This document shows positions 30,333-40,672 of a stretch of DNA of 54,070 bases, one piece after another. A model generated the notes under the pieces. It saw only the letters and a list, made by a program, of their open reading frames with translations, searched no databases and was not told the origin of the DNA. The DNA lies in NCBI GenBank assembly GCA_030679975.1, contig JAUXSL010000022.1, positions 1 through 54,070 on the forward strand, in the 5' to 3' direction. Both the position numbers and the translations under genes were made by a program. The DNA is from Actinomycetota bacterium. GTDB taxonomy: Bacteria > Actinomycetota > Aquicultoria > CAJVYJ01 > JAUVQD01. Position 1 is the first letter of the stretch; every line of letters starts with the position of its first letter.

Positions 30333-31519
30333 TGTCGGATTCAACCGAATACTCGATATTTGTCGCCGCCGGGCCACAGGTGCTGGAGTCGATTCTCAAG
30401 CTGGTCGACGGGTCGAAACGCCTTTCGATCGCCGACACCGCGCTCAATGGCGAAGAGTGCCTGGAGAAGTTGGCCGCGGCCGATGCCGGTATAGCTTTCA
30501 TCGATTTCGCGCTGCCGCAAATATCAGGCGTCAAGGTGATCGAATATCTTTCAACCAATCATCCGGAGGTGATATCGGTGCTCCTTTCCGATCGGGTCAA
30601 CCCGGAATATTTTCGCAGCGGGATGTTGGCGGGCGCGCGCGAGTTCATCACACTTCCCGTAACGACGGAGGAGTTGGAATTTGCCGTTGAGCGCGTCGCC
30701 CAGGTGGCGGGAGCGGGTAAAAAAAGCCGGTCTCTGACCCAGACATTTGAAACGCGGCCCCGGCCCGACGCTCGAGTGATAGTGGTCGGTAGCGGAAAAG
30801 GCGGCGTCGGGACTTCGTTTGTCGCGGCGAACCTGGCCAAGCTGATGGCCGATGCCGACCCGGATCTGGATGTGGCCTTAGTCGACCTTAATTGCCGGGC
30901 AAATGATTTAGCGGTAATAGTCAATGTCGAGCCCGGCAAAACTTTGAAGGATTTTGTCCCGGTAATAGCCGATCTCGATCCGGCGCTTATCAGGTCCGTG
31001 GCGCAAAACGTGGCGAAGAAGCTCGCCCTATTCGCTGCTCCGCCTGAAGCGGAGTTGGCGGGGCTTTTCACGGCGGAACAATTGCGTTTGCTGATCGATG
31101 GTTTAAGGAGCTGCTACGACTTCGTGGTCATCGATAGCGGCGCCTATGCTGATAGAGCCGGAGCGAGTCTCCACGAAGCCGCCGATCTGATCATGATCAT
31201 CTTGACCCCGGAAATATTGGCCGTGCGCGGCGGCAAGCGTTTTATTGATTGCCTGGAGCGATTCGGCATCAGCAAAAATAGCATGATGGCGGTTATCAAC
31301 CGCTGGGGGCCGTTGAGTTTGTCGCCGGAGAGGATCGCGGAATATATCGGTGCGCCGGTGATGGAAAAGTTGCCGGAAAGCGACTTAGTCCGCCTGCTTT
31401 TGGACGAAGGGCGACTGCTCCAAGCGGGTGATCGAAGCGAGGTAAAGCATGCCTTCGATCAGCTTATAGCGGCCGTGCGGCAAAAGCTCTCGCTCGGGGA
31501 TGGTATCAGTGTTCACTAG
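30329..31519 (+). CDS. TadZ/CpaE-like pilus assembly ATPase (receiver-like N-domain plus MinD/ParA-type P-loop)
   Basis: Deviant Walker A GSGKGGVGTS with a CheY-like N-terminal fold. Confidence 0.8.
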   Translation: MMSDSTEYSIFVAAGPQVLESILKLVDGSKRLSIADTALNGEECLEKLAAADAGIAFIDFALPQISGVKVIEYLSTNHPEVISVLLSDRVNPEYFRSGMLAGAREFITLPVTTEELEFAVERVAQVAGAGKKSRSLTQTFETRPRPDARVIVVGSGKGGVGTSFVAANLAKLMADADPDLDVALVDLNCRANDLAVIVNVEPGKTLKDFVPVIADLDPALIRSVAQNVAKKLALFAAPPEAELAGLFTAEQLRLLIDGLRSCYDFVVIDSGAYADRAGASLHEAADLIMIILTPEILAVRGGKRFIDCLERFGISKNSMMAVINRWGPLSLSPERIAEYIGAPVMEKLPESDLVRLLLDEGRLLQAGDRSEVKHAFDQLIAAVRQKLSLGDGISVH

Positions 31520-32696
31520 GATCGGCTCACCGGCAACGACTTCGGCCACTAATCTGCCGCCGGGCGCGGTCCGGCAAGTGCGGACACGACTTTACGCCGA
31601 TATGGCGCCGGCGGAGATATTGAGAAGACTAAAAGTCAACGCCGGTCAGGTAAGAAAAGAATTAAGACAAGCGGTTTTGCGGCTGATCGCGGTGGACGGC
31701 TTAGTTCTGAGTCAAACCCAGAAGGACCTTATTCTCAGACGCGTCCTCGATGACGTCCTCGGTTATGGACCGATAGAACCCTTGCTAAGCGACCCGTCTA
31801 TCAGCGAAATCATGATAAACGGACCATATATGGTTTATGCGGAGCGCGATGGTTGCATCGAGCGGACCGATTATGTTTTCGAGGATGCCGACCACCTGAT
31901 GAATGTGATCGATAAGATAATCGCGCCGATCGGACGGCGTGTGGACGAAAGCAGTCCCATGGTAGACGCGCGCTTACCTGATGGTTCGCGGGTCAACATA
32001 GTCGTTCCGCCGGTAGCGTTATCCGGCCCGACAGTGACGATCAGGCGGTTCCGGGCCAAGGTCTTCGACTACGAAGAATTGGTTGACAACGGCACAATCC
32101 CCGCTCAAGCCGCTGAATATCTGGCCGTCGCGGTTACCAACCGAGCGAACATAATCGTGACCGGAGGCACGGGCTCCGGTAAGACTACGCTGCTTAATGC
32201 TATATCAAGCCTTATCCCCGCAAATGAGCGGATAGTTACCATTGAAGATGCCGCCGAACTGAAATTTACCCAACCGCATGTTGTCCGGATGGAAAGCCGC
32301 CCCGCGAACGTCGAAGGCGTCGGCCGCATAGCCATTAGAGACTTGGTTATAAACGCCTTGCGTATGCGTCCGGATAGGATCGTTGTCGGCGAAGTCAGGG
32401 GCGGCGAGGCTCTCGATATGCTCCAGGCAATGAATACCGGGCATGACGGCTCGCTGACGACCGCGCACGCGAATTCGCCAAAGGAAGCTTTGTCCCGCCT
32501 CGAGACCATGACTCTAATGGCCGGGATAGAGCTGCCGATCGCCGCCGTGCGGCAACAGATAACGGGCGCATTTGATCTTATAGTCCACATGGAACGCGAG
32601 GCCTCCGGCCGGCGGCGGGTAACCGCCGTCGATGAATTGCGCGGAATCGTCGACGGGGAGATTGTCTTGGGTTCCATCTACAGGTCAGAGGAGTAA
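31500..32696 (+). CDS. cpaF: CpaF/TadA secretion ATPase (type II/IV secretion NTPase)
   Basis: Has Walker A GGTGSGKTT, the Asp box and Walker B (RIVVGEVRG), and the His box (TGHDGSLTTAHAN). Confidence 0.92.
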   Translation: MVSVFTRIGSPATTSATNLPPGAVRQVRTRLYADMAPAEILRRLKVNAGQVRKELRQAVLRLIAVDGLVLSQTQKDLILRRVLDDVLGYGPIEPLLSDPSISEIMINGPYMVYAERDGCIERTDYVFEDADHLMNVIDKIIAPIGRRVDESSPMVDARLPDGSRVNIVVPPVALSGPTVTIRRFRAKVFDYEELVDNGTIPAQAAEYLAVAVTNRANIIVTGGTGSGKTTLLNAISSLIPANERIVTIEDAAELKFTQPHVVRMESRPANVEGVGRIAIRDLVINALRMRPDRIVVGEVRGGEALDMLQAMNTGHDGSLTTAHANSPKEALSRLETMTLMAGIELPIAAVRQQITGAFDLIVHMEREASGRRRVTAVDELRGIVDGEIVLGSIYRSEE

Positions 32697-32699
32697 AGC

Positions 32700-33635
32700 T
32701 TGGTTTACCTGCTCGCGGTCGGTTCGGCCGCCGCCGTCGGATGTGCAGCCTATTTGACGTGCGGAGGCTTTACGAGCGCGGCCGGTCGAGCCGCCCGCCG
32801 ACTACGGTTTGAAGCCCGCTTGACCGGCGGCAGGCAGGGCAAGGTCCCGGCAGTGATCAAGCGCCTGGCTATAGAGACGGCAATCAAGACGCCCGGCGCC
32901 GCAACGTTGAAAAGGCGCCTCGCGGACGCGGGTATCAGCGCCCCGGAAGCAACCACTTTTTGGTTGACAGTAATGACGCTGCCGTTAACGATCGCTTTAG
33001 CATGGTCGCTTGGCTCAGTCATAAACGCCGCTGTCCTTATCGCGGGCGCCGCCGTGGGCGCTAACGCTTGGCTGAATAAGCGCGCCGGCGACCGCTTGGA
33101 AAAGTTCTCCGAACAACTCCCCGCGGTATTTAAGTCGGTCGCCGCCGCCATCAACGCCGGTTCGTCGATTCAACAAGCGCTGCTTCACGCGTCAGACCAG
33201 ATAGGACCCCCGGCAAAAGAAGAATTGGCCGCGGTCAATGAGCAGATCGCTTTGGGCATGCCGATCGACGAAGCCCTGGACTTGCTCCACCTGCGCATGC
33301 CGGCGATTGAGCTGGACTTCATCCTTCTGGGACTATCCATTCAAAGACGCGTAGGCGGGAATCTAATCAGCTTATTGCGGCAAACCGCTGACGCGATCGA
33401 AGCCAGGGGGCGTTTGCGCGGCAATCTTAAAATTGAGACGGCGCAGGCGCGGCTCTCCGCCACGGTCATCGGCTTCTTACCGCTGTTGGTTATGGGCTTG
33501 ATAGCGATCATAGACCCGGCGTTTATCGCTCCGATGTTTACCACACCGACCGGCCTGGCGATGCTGGCCATAGCTATCGTCGCCGAAACCGCCGGATTCT
33601 TGATTCTGGGGCGGATTTTGGATGTCAAAATATGA
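32700..33635 (+). CDS. tadB: TadB-like type II secretion system F-family membrane protein
   Basis: 311 aa with a T2SSF domain and flanking TM segments, directly after cpaF. Confidence 0.8.
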   Translation: MVYLLAVGSAAAVGCAAYLTCGGFTSAAGRAARRLRFEARLTGGRQGKVPAVIKRLAIETAIKTPGAATLKRRLADAGISAPEATTFWLTVMTLPLTIALAWSLGSVINAAVLIAGAAVGANAWLNKRAGDRLEKFSEQLPAVFKSVAAAINAGSSIQQALLHASDQIGPPAKEELAAVNEQIALGMPIDEALDLLHLRMPAIELDFILLGLSIQRRVGGNLISLLRQTADAIEARGRLRGNLKIETAQARLSATVIGFLPLLVMGLIAIIDPAFIAPMFTTPTGLAMLAIAIVAETAGFLILGRILDVKI

Positions 33636-34507
33636 TGATCGAGCTGATAATCGCGATCATCATCGGCTGCCTGGCAGGCATGGCCGTCTACGAAATAGTC
33701 TTTGTCTTGGCGGCTCGGGAACGCCCGGACCGCAGGCTCCTATTAGACCGGCCGCCCGGCAAAAAAATAAATCAGCCCTTGTATGACATCGGAGCCGGGT
33801 TTATGAGCGGCCTGCCGGCAGGCTGGTCCGGTCTTATGATGCGTTGGTTCGGGACCGGATCGACGGCCAAACTGGCGGCTGCCGGGATGGGCGAGATCGA
33901 CCCGGCGGCGCTTGTCGGGGCGAGGACCATATTGGGGATAGGCGGCTTTTTGGCGGGCTGGGCCGCGTTTGGCGGCGGCCCTACCGGCGTACTTTTCAGC
34001 GGCCTAACGGCTTACGGAAGCCAAAGATGGCCGTTGCGGCAAATAGCCGGGCGGGCGGAAAAAAGGCGACTGGACTTTGCCCGTTTGTTGCCGGATTTTA
34101 TCGATATGTTGGCGATCGGCGTGGAGGCCGGCTTAAGCCTCGATCGCGGCATACATCTCTATTGCGACAGGTTCGACAATCTGTTGACGGAGGTGTTTAC
34201 GGTGGGGTTGACGGAAATCGAATTGGGCAGGCCAAGGCGCTTGGCCTTTCAGGAGTTGGCCGATAGAAATCAGAACGACGATCTGACATGGTTTATAACC
34301 TCAGTCACGCAAGCGGAGAAATTGGGCGCGCCGCTGGCGCGGACCTTAAAAGAACAAGCGAAATCCAGTCGCCGCCGCCAGAGCGAACTTGTAAAAGAAT
34401 TATCCGCGACCGCCCCGATCAAGATGTTGTTTCCAATCGCCGGCTTGATTTTGCCGGCATTGTTCATTGTCATTATGGGACCGGCGTTTTTGCGGTTCAT
34501 GCATTGA
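33632..34507 (+). CDS. tadC: TadC-like type II secretion system F-family membrane protein
   Basis: 291 aa with a T2SSF domain. 4-nt overlap with tadB. Confidence 0.8.
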   Translation: MMIELIIAIIIGCLAGMAVYEIVFVLAARERPDRRLLLDRPPGKKINQPLYDIGAGFMSGLPAGWSGLMMRWFGTGSTAKLAAAGMGEIDPAALVGARTILGIGGFLAGWAAFGGGPTGVLFSGLTAYGSQRWPLRQIAGRAEKRRLDFARLLPDFIDMLAIGVEAGLSLDRGIHLYCDRFDNLLTEVFTVGLTEIELGRPRRLAFQELADRNQNDDLTWFITSVTQAEKLGAPLARTLKEQAKSSRRRQSELVKELSATAPIKMLFPIAGLILPALFIVIMGPAFLRFMH

Positions 34508-34521
34508 AAAGGAGGAAACTG

Positions 34522-34692
34522 GTGAAGCGCATGATGAACGACGAGAGCGGATCGATTTTAACCGAATATGGTTTGTTGCTGGTGATCGTTGCTTTAAGCT
34601 TGATCGCTGTTCTGGGGCTCTTTAGGAATGACCTGATTAAAAAGTTTAACGAGATACGCTTTGAAGTAAACGGCGTCAGCGTCACAAAGTGA
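34522..34692 (+). CDS. flp: Flp family type IVb pilin
   Basis: 56 aa: MKRMMNDESGSILTEYGLLLVIVALSLIAVLG... It has the Flp G/xxxxEY motif followed by a hydrophobic helix. RBS AAAGGAGG lies 7 nt upstream of the GTG. Confidence 0.8.
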   Translation: MKRMMNDESGSILTEYGLLLVIVALSLIAVLGLFRNDLIKKFNEIRFEVNGVSVTK

Positions 34693-35201
34693 TTAATTGG
34701 TCGCGCTGGAAAAGGGTTGCGGTTGTCGGCGCGAGTGTGGTAGCGGGGCTTGGAGCGGTGGTATATCTGGTCGCCCCCGGGCCGGCGCCTGAAGCGCAAC
34801 CGATTGACACTAAAGTCGGACAGGTTAAGTGGGAAAGAACATTGGCTTCAAATACCGACCAACGTTCAAGCGGAAATGAGGGTTTTATCAAGACTCCACC
34901 CCGGACACGGGTTATCAACAGCGTTTCCAAGATCAAGGGGCCGATGAGAGAATCAGTGCTAAAGCTTGAATCTATGCTCTCACCGACTGAGCTACAGGTA
35001 TATTATACGGATTTATTAGTCAAAGACTGGATGATCTCACGGGACGATTTGACGGAAGGCGTCGGGTGGAGCGGCGTTTTTATGCAGATCGAACCGACCG
35101 ATAGGACCATCGGGGTCTTCGCGGTGGTAAAGAGGATCGGTCCCCCCAGCGGCCGGGCAAACCCGACCTCGATATCCATCCTTAAGACAGAGGAACGCTA
35201 G
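34689..35201 (+). CDS. Membrane-anchored hypothetical protein within the tad locus
   Basis: 170 aa with one N-terminal TM segment and no recognisable domain. Translationally coupled on both sides. Confidence 0.55.
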   Translation: MINWSRWKRVAVVGASVVAGLGAVVYLVAPGPAPEAQPIDTKVGQVKWERTLASNTDQRSSGNEGFIKTPPRTRVINSVSKIKGPMRESVLKLESMLSPTELQVYYTDLLVKDWMISRDDLTEGVGWSGVFMQIEPTDRTIGVFAVVKRIGPPSGRANPTSISILKTEER

Positions 35202-35401
35202 TGCCTGCTGATGAATCCGGTTCGACCATCGTCGAGTACGCGATTATCACGGCGGCGATGGTTCTGGTGCTGGTGGCCATTGTCGCTTTGGCTCAGCCGG
35301 ATCTTATCGGCGGCTGGGTGGAAAAGACAAAGCGGTCTTTCTTTGTTTCCGGGCGATTGGACAACTTAGGATCGATCCAGCGGGAGACGCAAGAAAGATG
35401 A
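35201..35401 (+). CDS. Second Flp-like pilin
   Basis: 66 aa: MPADESGSTIVEYAIITAAMVLVLVAIVAL..., with the Flp motif. Confidence 0.7.
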   Translation: MPADESGSTIVEYAIITAAMVLVLVAIVALAQPDLIGGWVEKTKRSFFVSGRLDNLGSIQRETQER

Positions 35402-35808
35402 ATGGTCGCGCCAGAGGGGCGGCCGCTGTCGAACTTGCCATGGCTTTGCCGCTGCTGCTGTTTATGCTCTTTGGGCTGGTCCAAATAATTATTTTGATCG
35501 ATACCAAAACCATATTCGAGCACGCCGCGTTTGAAGCGGCCAGGACAGGCGCTGTTTCGGCTGACCCGCAGACGGCCAAGGGGCGGGCCTTGCGCGTAAT
35601 ACAGGCGGTTCCACGCGGGGCCGGCTTCCGGGGCGATGCCGCTAAGATAACATTAACGGAGGCGGGCGGTTCGATCATCGCCGAAGTAAGCTCGAAGATA
35701 GCGCTACTGCCGTTTTTTCGACAGGCCTCTTTGGCTGCCGGAGGGGACGGGGCCTTGACATTGAGAGCCAGAGCCAAACTAAAGAAAGAGCCTTTCCTTG
35801 GCTATTAA
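35398..35808 (+). CDS. tadE: TadE-like pseudopilin
   Basis: The N-terminus RGAAAVELAMALPLLLFMLFG is the TadE/G-like signature. Confidence 0.75.
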   Translation: MNGRARGAAAVELAMALPLLLFMLFGLVQIIILIDTKTIFEHAAFEAARTGAVSADPQTAKGRALRVIQAVPRGAGFRGDAAKITLTEAGGSIIAEVSSKIALLPFFRQASLAAGGDGALTLRARAKLKKEPFLGY

Positions 35809-37060
35809 AGGCATGGGCCGTGATGAAGCTGGTTCGACCATGCCCTTAGTTGTCGGGTTTGTCTTATTAGTCGTTTTCTTGACCTGTGCTGTCCTGGCGA
35901 CGGCTGAGATGGCGGGCGAGAGGGCTCGGCAACAAAGCAATGCCGATCTCGGAGCCTTGGCCGGCGCCAACGCTCTGTCTAAAGCGACCGACACGATCCG
36001 GTTGATTGACGGCGCTATCTATACGCGTAACGTCAGCCTGGATGTGATGTATCTGGCGGCCACGGCGGTCTCGATCGCCAGCGCCGGAACGGGCGCTGAA
36101 GCTTTCGAGGTACCGGCCCGGTGGCAAAAAGCGACCGAGGAGCCGGTGGCGGCGCTGGAAAAGACGAAGACCGTTATCGGCGAGACCGCGGTGGTTTACA
36201 CCATTGCCAACGGGGCGAGCATAATTAAGGCCAATGGGAACGATTCCGGTCTGGCGCTTCCCGTGCCGTTGATCGCCGGGTTCCAGGGACCAAGTCAAGC
36301 GCGGAAGGACCTAAAAAAAGAGGTTGATGTCTACAATGCGCGGATAAAGATCTCGACCGGGCAGATGTTTGAGGTTATGCAAGCTTACAGGGAGAAAATG
36401 GGCGAGTTAAAAGCCAAGGGATTAAGCGATGAGGAGATAAAGAACCACGACGAGATCAAAAAGCGATTAAACCAAGTCAGGGAGTCAACCGGCCGGGTCG
36501 GGGGGCTGACGAGCCAACGAAATCGACATCAAAAAGAGCTGGCGGCGCTGGACAAAAAGAGCGGGGTTTTTGCCGGCGGTCAAACCGGGGTGGTAGCGGT
36601 CGTCTATCATCGGAGCAGCCCTATTCCGTTTACAAAGCCGTTCGGCGGACTGGAAACCGGAGATAATCTGGCGGTGGCGGCAGCCAGGGTCGAGGACGGG
36701 CCGGGCGAGGCGACTATAGGCGAGGAAGCCCTGGCAAATCTCTTGACCGGGGCGCATCTGCCCGCCTCTGTCGCGAGCGGCGCGAACTGGATGATGGAGT
36801 CGCTTAATCTAGTCGGCGGAAGAATCCGGAACTTGAGGAACGACTACGGACCGATCGGCGGCTATTTAGAAGAAGCGCTGGACGCGCTTGGTTTGACGCC
36901 GCCGCCGTTGACGGAGACGCGTCCGACCTTGGCCAGTGTCGATTCAGTCCTCACTGACGGCAGTAAGCTTTACGCCACAATGAAACAAGCGGCAGCCCTG
37001 GCCAAGACTTTGGAGGCAAAACTTGGGATCGATATCCTGCCGCCGGGCTGGGCTCTTTAG
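35798..37060 (+). CDS. TadG-like (Tad_N) pilus assembly protein with central coiled coil
   Basis: The N-terminus DEAGSTMPLVVGFVLLVVFL..ADLGALAGA resembles the pilus-assembly TadG N-terminal domain. 420 aa. Confidence 0.6.
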   Translation: MAIKGMGRDEAGSTMPLVVGFVLLVVFLTCAVLATAEMAGERARQQSNADLGALAGANALSKATDTIRLIDGAIYTRNVSLDVMYLAATAVSIASAGTGAEAFEVPARWQKATEEPVAALEKTKTVIGETAVVYTIANGASIIKANGNDSGLALPVPLIAGFQGPSQARKDLKKEVDVYNARIKISTGQMFEVMQAYREKMGELKAKGLSDEEIKNHDEIKKRLNQVRESTGRVGGLTSQRNRHQKELAALDKKSGVFAGGQTGVVAVVYHRSSPIPFTKPFGGLETGDNLAVAAARVEDGPGEATIGEEALANLLTGAHLPASVASGANWMMESLNLVGGRIRNLRNDYGPIGGYLEEALDALGLTPPPLTETRPTLASVDSVLTDGSKLYATMKQAAALAKTLEAKLGIDILPPGWAL

Positions 37061-37529
37061 AAGTCCGGCCAAAAATCCCTCAGGCCGGTCACAATTGGAC
37101 CGCGCTTCTAGAGCCGACGAGCGAGGTATCGCCTTGACCGAACTGGTGATAACCGCGCCGCTGATACTGTTTATCTTGGTAGCGGTCTTTTCACTGGCCG
37201 AAGCCGGTCGGAAGAAGGCCTTAGTGGTTCGGGCCGCGGGCGCGGCGGCTCGGGTAGCTGTGGTGCGGCCCGACTTGGCGCCGGCAGAGGCACTCGATGT
37301 CTTAAAGGCTTCCGATTCCCGCATTAAGACCGCGGATGTAAAGACTACTATCGCCGCCGCGAATATCTCTCGATTGCCTTTTTCCAATCCAACGCGGGTG
37401 ACGGTCACCCTTAAGTATCATCCGATAACCGGCTTTGGCTGGCGCCCCGTCTTTAACTTAAAGTCTGAATTTGTCTTAGACCGCTGGGTCAACGGCGTCT
37501 GGTTCGATATTCCAGAGGCTCCTAAATAA
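37023..37529 (+). CDS. TadE-like protein (start uncertain)
   Basis: DERGIALTELVITAPLILFILVAVF is a TadE-like N-terminus. GGAGG lies 6 nt upstream of the TTG at 37023. An alternative in-frame TTG lies at 37095. Confidence 0.6.
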   Translation: MGSISCRRAGLFRSPAKNPSGRSQLDRASRADERGIALTELVITAPLILFILVAVFSLAEAGRKKALVVRAAGAAARVAVVRPDLAPAEALDVLKASDSRIKTADVKTTIAAANISRLPFSNPTRVTVTLKYHPITGFGWRPVFNLKSEFVLDRWVNGVWFDIPEAPK

Positions 37530-37665
37530 GTTGGATAGGAACTTAACTGTTGGGGGAATATAGGTCGTACCGATAAGACAAAGGCGCTGGTTTTAAGATA
37601 AAAGCTTGGCGCTTGCTTGACAAGAACAAGCGCCGCCTTGTAAATTAGTAAGAAATTGGCATCCA

Positions 37666-38979
37666 TTGATGAGATTTAACAGCAAACGGATCATCTTTGT
37701 CGTTGCCCTTGTCGCAGTCCTCTTTATTTGTAGTTGGGGTGTTGTCTTTGCTTCAGCAGAGCATATGCTGGAGCTTTATCCAGCGCCCGGCATCATTGTC
37801 GCAAACGACCAACCAACCATCTCAGCCAACTGGTTAAATATCCCCGGGGTCCATATCCAATCGGTTGAGGTCAATATTGACGGGCAAATCCAAAAAGTAG
37901 ATACGCCTCAAGACGGGACCGGCTTTAATATGCGACCGGCAGCCCGGCTCGGCCAGGGCAAGCATACCGTAAGAGCACGATTGACTTATGGGCTCGGCAT
38001 TCCGCGGCAAGTCGAGGCGCAGTGGAGTTTTACCGTCGATACCGAGCCGCCTCCCCTTAACTTGGCCGATGGCGCGTCTTTCTATGTCAGCCCAACCGCG
38101 ATTGCCGAGGTGCCGGTAAAAAGTGAAGCGGACGCCAGGGTGGAGGTAGTTCTAAACGATAAGCCGGCCGGTCAAGTGACGGCGGATCATAGCGGCGCGC
38201 TAAAGGTCAGCCTGACGGGCTTGGCGAACCGGAATAAGCTGCGCCTTATGGCCAGCGACAGCGCCGGCAATGTTCGCTCGGTGGTCTTGCCGGTGATCAA
38301 AGATGAAACGGCGCCCGTCGTCCAATCGATGAAACCTCTGGAAGGAGAGGTAGTGCGGGCGGTGGCTCCGATCATCGAGGTGGCGTTTGCCGAAGAGGAT
38401 TCCGGCTTAAAATCTATTAAGTTATTAATCGACGATAAAGAAGCGGTAGTCAAAGGGGATGACGGCAGCAAAAAGGTAGCATATGTCGGTGACTTGCTTG
38501 GTGACGGCAGCCACAAAGCTAAGGTCGAGGCGGTTGATTACGCGGGAAGGGCTTTGACGAAAGAGTGGAGCTTTACCATCGATTCACGGCGCATTATTGT
38601 CAATCGCGGCGAAAGAAAGCTGTATTTCTACCGGAACGGAAACCTGCAGCGGGTCTACAGTGTGGCTGTCGGGCAACCGGCCTGGCCGACGCCGAGCGGG
38701 CATTTTCGCGTAGTGAATAAGCAAACGAATCCATTCTGGTACAACCCGGGCAGTTCCTGGGCGGTCTCCATGCCGAAAGTGATCCCGCCCGGCCCGGGCA
38801 ACCCGCTTGGCCTGCGCGCGCTGGCGCTCAGCGCCACTGCCGTGCTCATCCACGGGACGTCTGACTATGGCAGCATCGGCAGGGCGGCGTCGCACGGCTG
38901 CATCCGGATGCGCAACAGCGAGATAGTCGGCTTCTTTCCTTTGATAGACGTCGGCGTGCCGGTAGATATAATAAATTAA
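37666..38979 (+). CDS. L,D-transpeptidase (YkuD domain) with N-terminal signal/TM segment and Ig-like repeats
   Basis: The C-terminus RKLYFYRNG...[15 protein letters not shown]...IHGT...SHGCIRM contains the catalytic His/Cys motif. Confidence 0.88.
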   Translation: MMRFNSKRIIFVVALVAVLFICSWGVVFASAEHMLELYPAPGIIVANDQPTISANWLNIPGVHIQSVEVNIDGQIQKVDTPQDGTGFNMRPAARLGQGKHTVRARLTYGLGIPRQVEAQWSFTVDTEPPPLNLADGASFYVSPTAIAEVPVKSEADARVEVVLNDKPAGQVTADHSGALKVSLTGLANRNKLRLMASDSAGNVRSVVLPVIKDETAPVVQSMKPLEGEVVRAVAPIIEVAFAEEDSGLKSIKLLIDDKEAVVKGDDGSKKVAYVGDLLGDGSHKAKVEAVDYAGRALTKEWSFTIDSRRIIVNRGERKLYFYRNGNLQRVYSVAVGQPAWPTPSGHFRVVNKQTNPFWYNPGSSWAVSMPKVIPPGPGNPLGLRALALSATAVLIHGTSDYGSIGRAASHGCIRMRNSEIVGFFPLIDVGVPVDIIN

Positions 38980-39118
38980 ATCGATAATCCTCTGGGCTCA
39001 TGAGCCGGCCAACCTCTTTGAACTGGCGCCGTATATAACAGATAATGGTTGTCGATTTGGCAGAAGGCGCTGGAAAGCGGATAATAGTGGATGTGCTCGG
39101 AGAGTAAGAGGAGGAAAA

Positions 39119-39676
39119 ATGACAGGCATAATCATCTTTGGAATCGTCGTATTGGTGCTCTTGGCGCTGGCCGGCATCTATAACCGGCTGGTAACATTGA
39201 GAAACCGCATAGATAACGCTTGGTCCCAGATAGACGTCCAACTGAAAAGACGGTACGACTTAATCCCCAATCTGATCGAGACGGTGAAGGGATATGCGGC
39301 GCACGAACGTGAGCTCCTTGAAAATGTGACTAAGGCGCGGGCCGAGGCGATAAGCGCCGGGTCTGTAGGCGACCAGGCGAAAGCGGAAAACGCCCTGACC
39401 GGCACGTTGAGATCTCTATTCGCGGTGGCCGAGAACTATCCGGATTTAAAAGCCAACCAAAACTTCATGCTGCTGCAGGAAGAATTGTCCGGTACCGAGA
39501 GCAAGATAGCTTTTGCCCGTCAGTTTTATAACGATACCGTTATGTCCTTCAACACCTCTCTCCAGACTTTTCCCAGTAACATCGTGGCTTCGACTTTCGG
39601 TTTTACGCATCGGGAATATTTCGAGATTGAAGAAGGCGCGCGCCAACCGGTCCAGGTCGATTTCGGTCAAAAATAG
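39119..39676 (+). CDS. lemA: LemA family protein
   Basis: N-terminal TM segment, then [31 protein letters not shown]. Confidence 0.9.
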   Translation: MTGIIIFGIVVLVLLALAGIYNRLVTLRNRIDNAWSQIDVQLKRRYDLIPNLIETVKGYAAHERELLENVTKARAEAISAGSVGDQAKAENALTGTLRSLFAVAENYPDLKANQNFMLLQEELSGTESKIAFARQFYNDTVMSFNTSLQTFPSNIVASTFGFTHREYFEIEEGARQPVQVDFGQK

Positions 39677-39691
39677 ATTGTAGAAAAATCC

Positions 39692-40591
39692 ATGTACGAA
39701 GAGATCACCAGCAATAAGAGGCGCTCCTGGCTCCTGATATTCGTATTTGTTAGCCTGGTCGGCGCGATCGGTTGGATATTCGGGCAGCTGACGCAGTTCG
39801 GCTATGGCGGCCTGGTAGTGGCGGTGGCGGTTGCCATTGTCATGGCGGTCGGGAGCTACTACAACAGCGATAAGGTCGTGTTGGCCATGAGTCATGCCCA
39901 TCCGGCCGACCCGAAGCAGTACCAGTTTTTGCACAATACCGTGGAGGGATTGGCGATAGCGGCGGGCATACCAAAGCCAAAGATTTATGTGATTGACGAT
40001 GCCGCCCCGAATGCTTTCGCGACCGGTCGCGACCCGGACCACTCGGTCATCGCCGTCACCACCGGCTTGCTCGCGAAGATGGACCGGCTAGAGCTTGAAG
40101 GGGTCGTTGCTCATGAGATGAGCCACATTAGAAATTACGATATTAAGTTTATGACCTTGACAGTGGTCTTGGTCGGCGTGGTCATCTTGTTAAGCCACTG
40201 GCTTCTGCGAAGTTTTTGGTGGGGCGGCCGGGACCGGGAGGAGGGCGGCGGCGGCGGTTTCATTATCTTGATGGTCGTCGGGCTGGTCTTGGCGATACTC
40301 GCGCCTATTCTTGCCCAACTCATCAAGCTGGCGGTCTCCCGGAAACGCGAATACCTGGCCGATGCCAACGGCGCCTTACTGACGCGTTATCCGGCCGGGT
40401 TGGCCGGCGCGTTGCGGAAGATAGCCGCCGACCCCGCGCCATTAGCGGGCGCCAATGAGGCGACGGCGCCGCTGTATATCAGTCCGCCGAAGCAGCGCGG
40501 TTTGACCGGCAAAGTTAAAGAGTTGTGGTCGACGCATCCGCCGACCGAAGAGCGCATAAAGCGGTTGGAAGCGATGGGGAACATCGCCTGA
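39692..40591 (+). CDS. htpX: HtpX-like M48 family zinc metalloprotease
   Basis: HEMSHI (HExxH) motif, four TM segments, and C-terminal THPPTEERI. Confidence 0.9.
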   Translation: MYEEITSNKRRSWLLIFVFVSLVGAIGWIFGQLTQFGYGGLVVAVAVAIVMAVGSYYNSDKVVLAMSHAHPADPKQYQFLHNTVEGLAIAAGIPKPKIYVIDDAAPNAFATGRDPDHSVIAVTTGLLAKMDRLELEGVVAHEMSHIRNYDIKFMTLTVVLVGVVILLSHWLLRSFWWGGRDREEGGGGGFIILMVVGLVLAILAPILAQLIKLAVSRKREYLADANGALLTRYPAGLAGALRKIAADPAPLAGANEATAPLYISPPKQRGLTGKVKELWSTHPPTEERIKRLEAMGNIA

Positions 40592-40623
40592 TAAATTAAG
40601 CTAAAGGCTAAGAGCTCACCCGG

Positions 40624-40652
40624 TTGACAATGGCTTCCGCTGCGTGTTATCT
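40624..40652 (+). promoter_or_regulatory. Candidate promoter upstream of the SAM riboswitch
   Basis: TTGACA, a 17-nt spacer, then TTATCT. Confidence 0.45.
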
Positions 40653-40672
40653 TGACGGAAATTTAATAGCTT

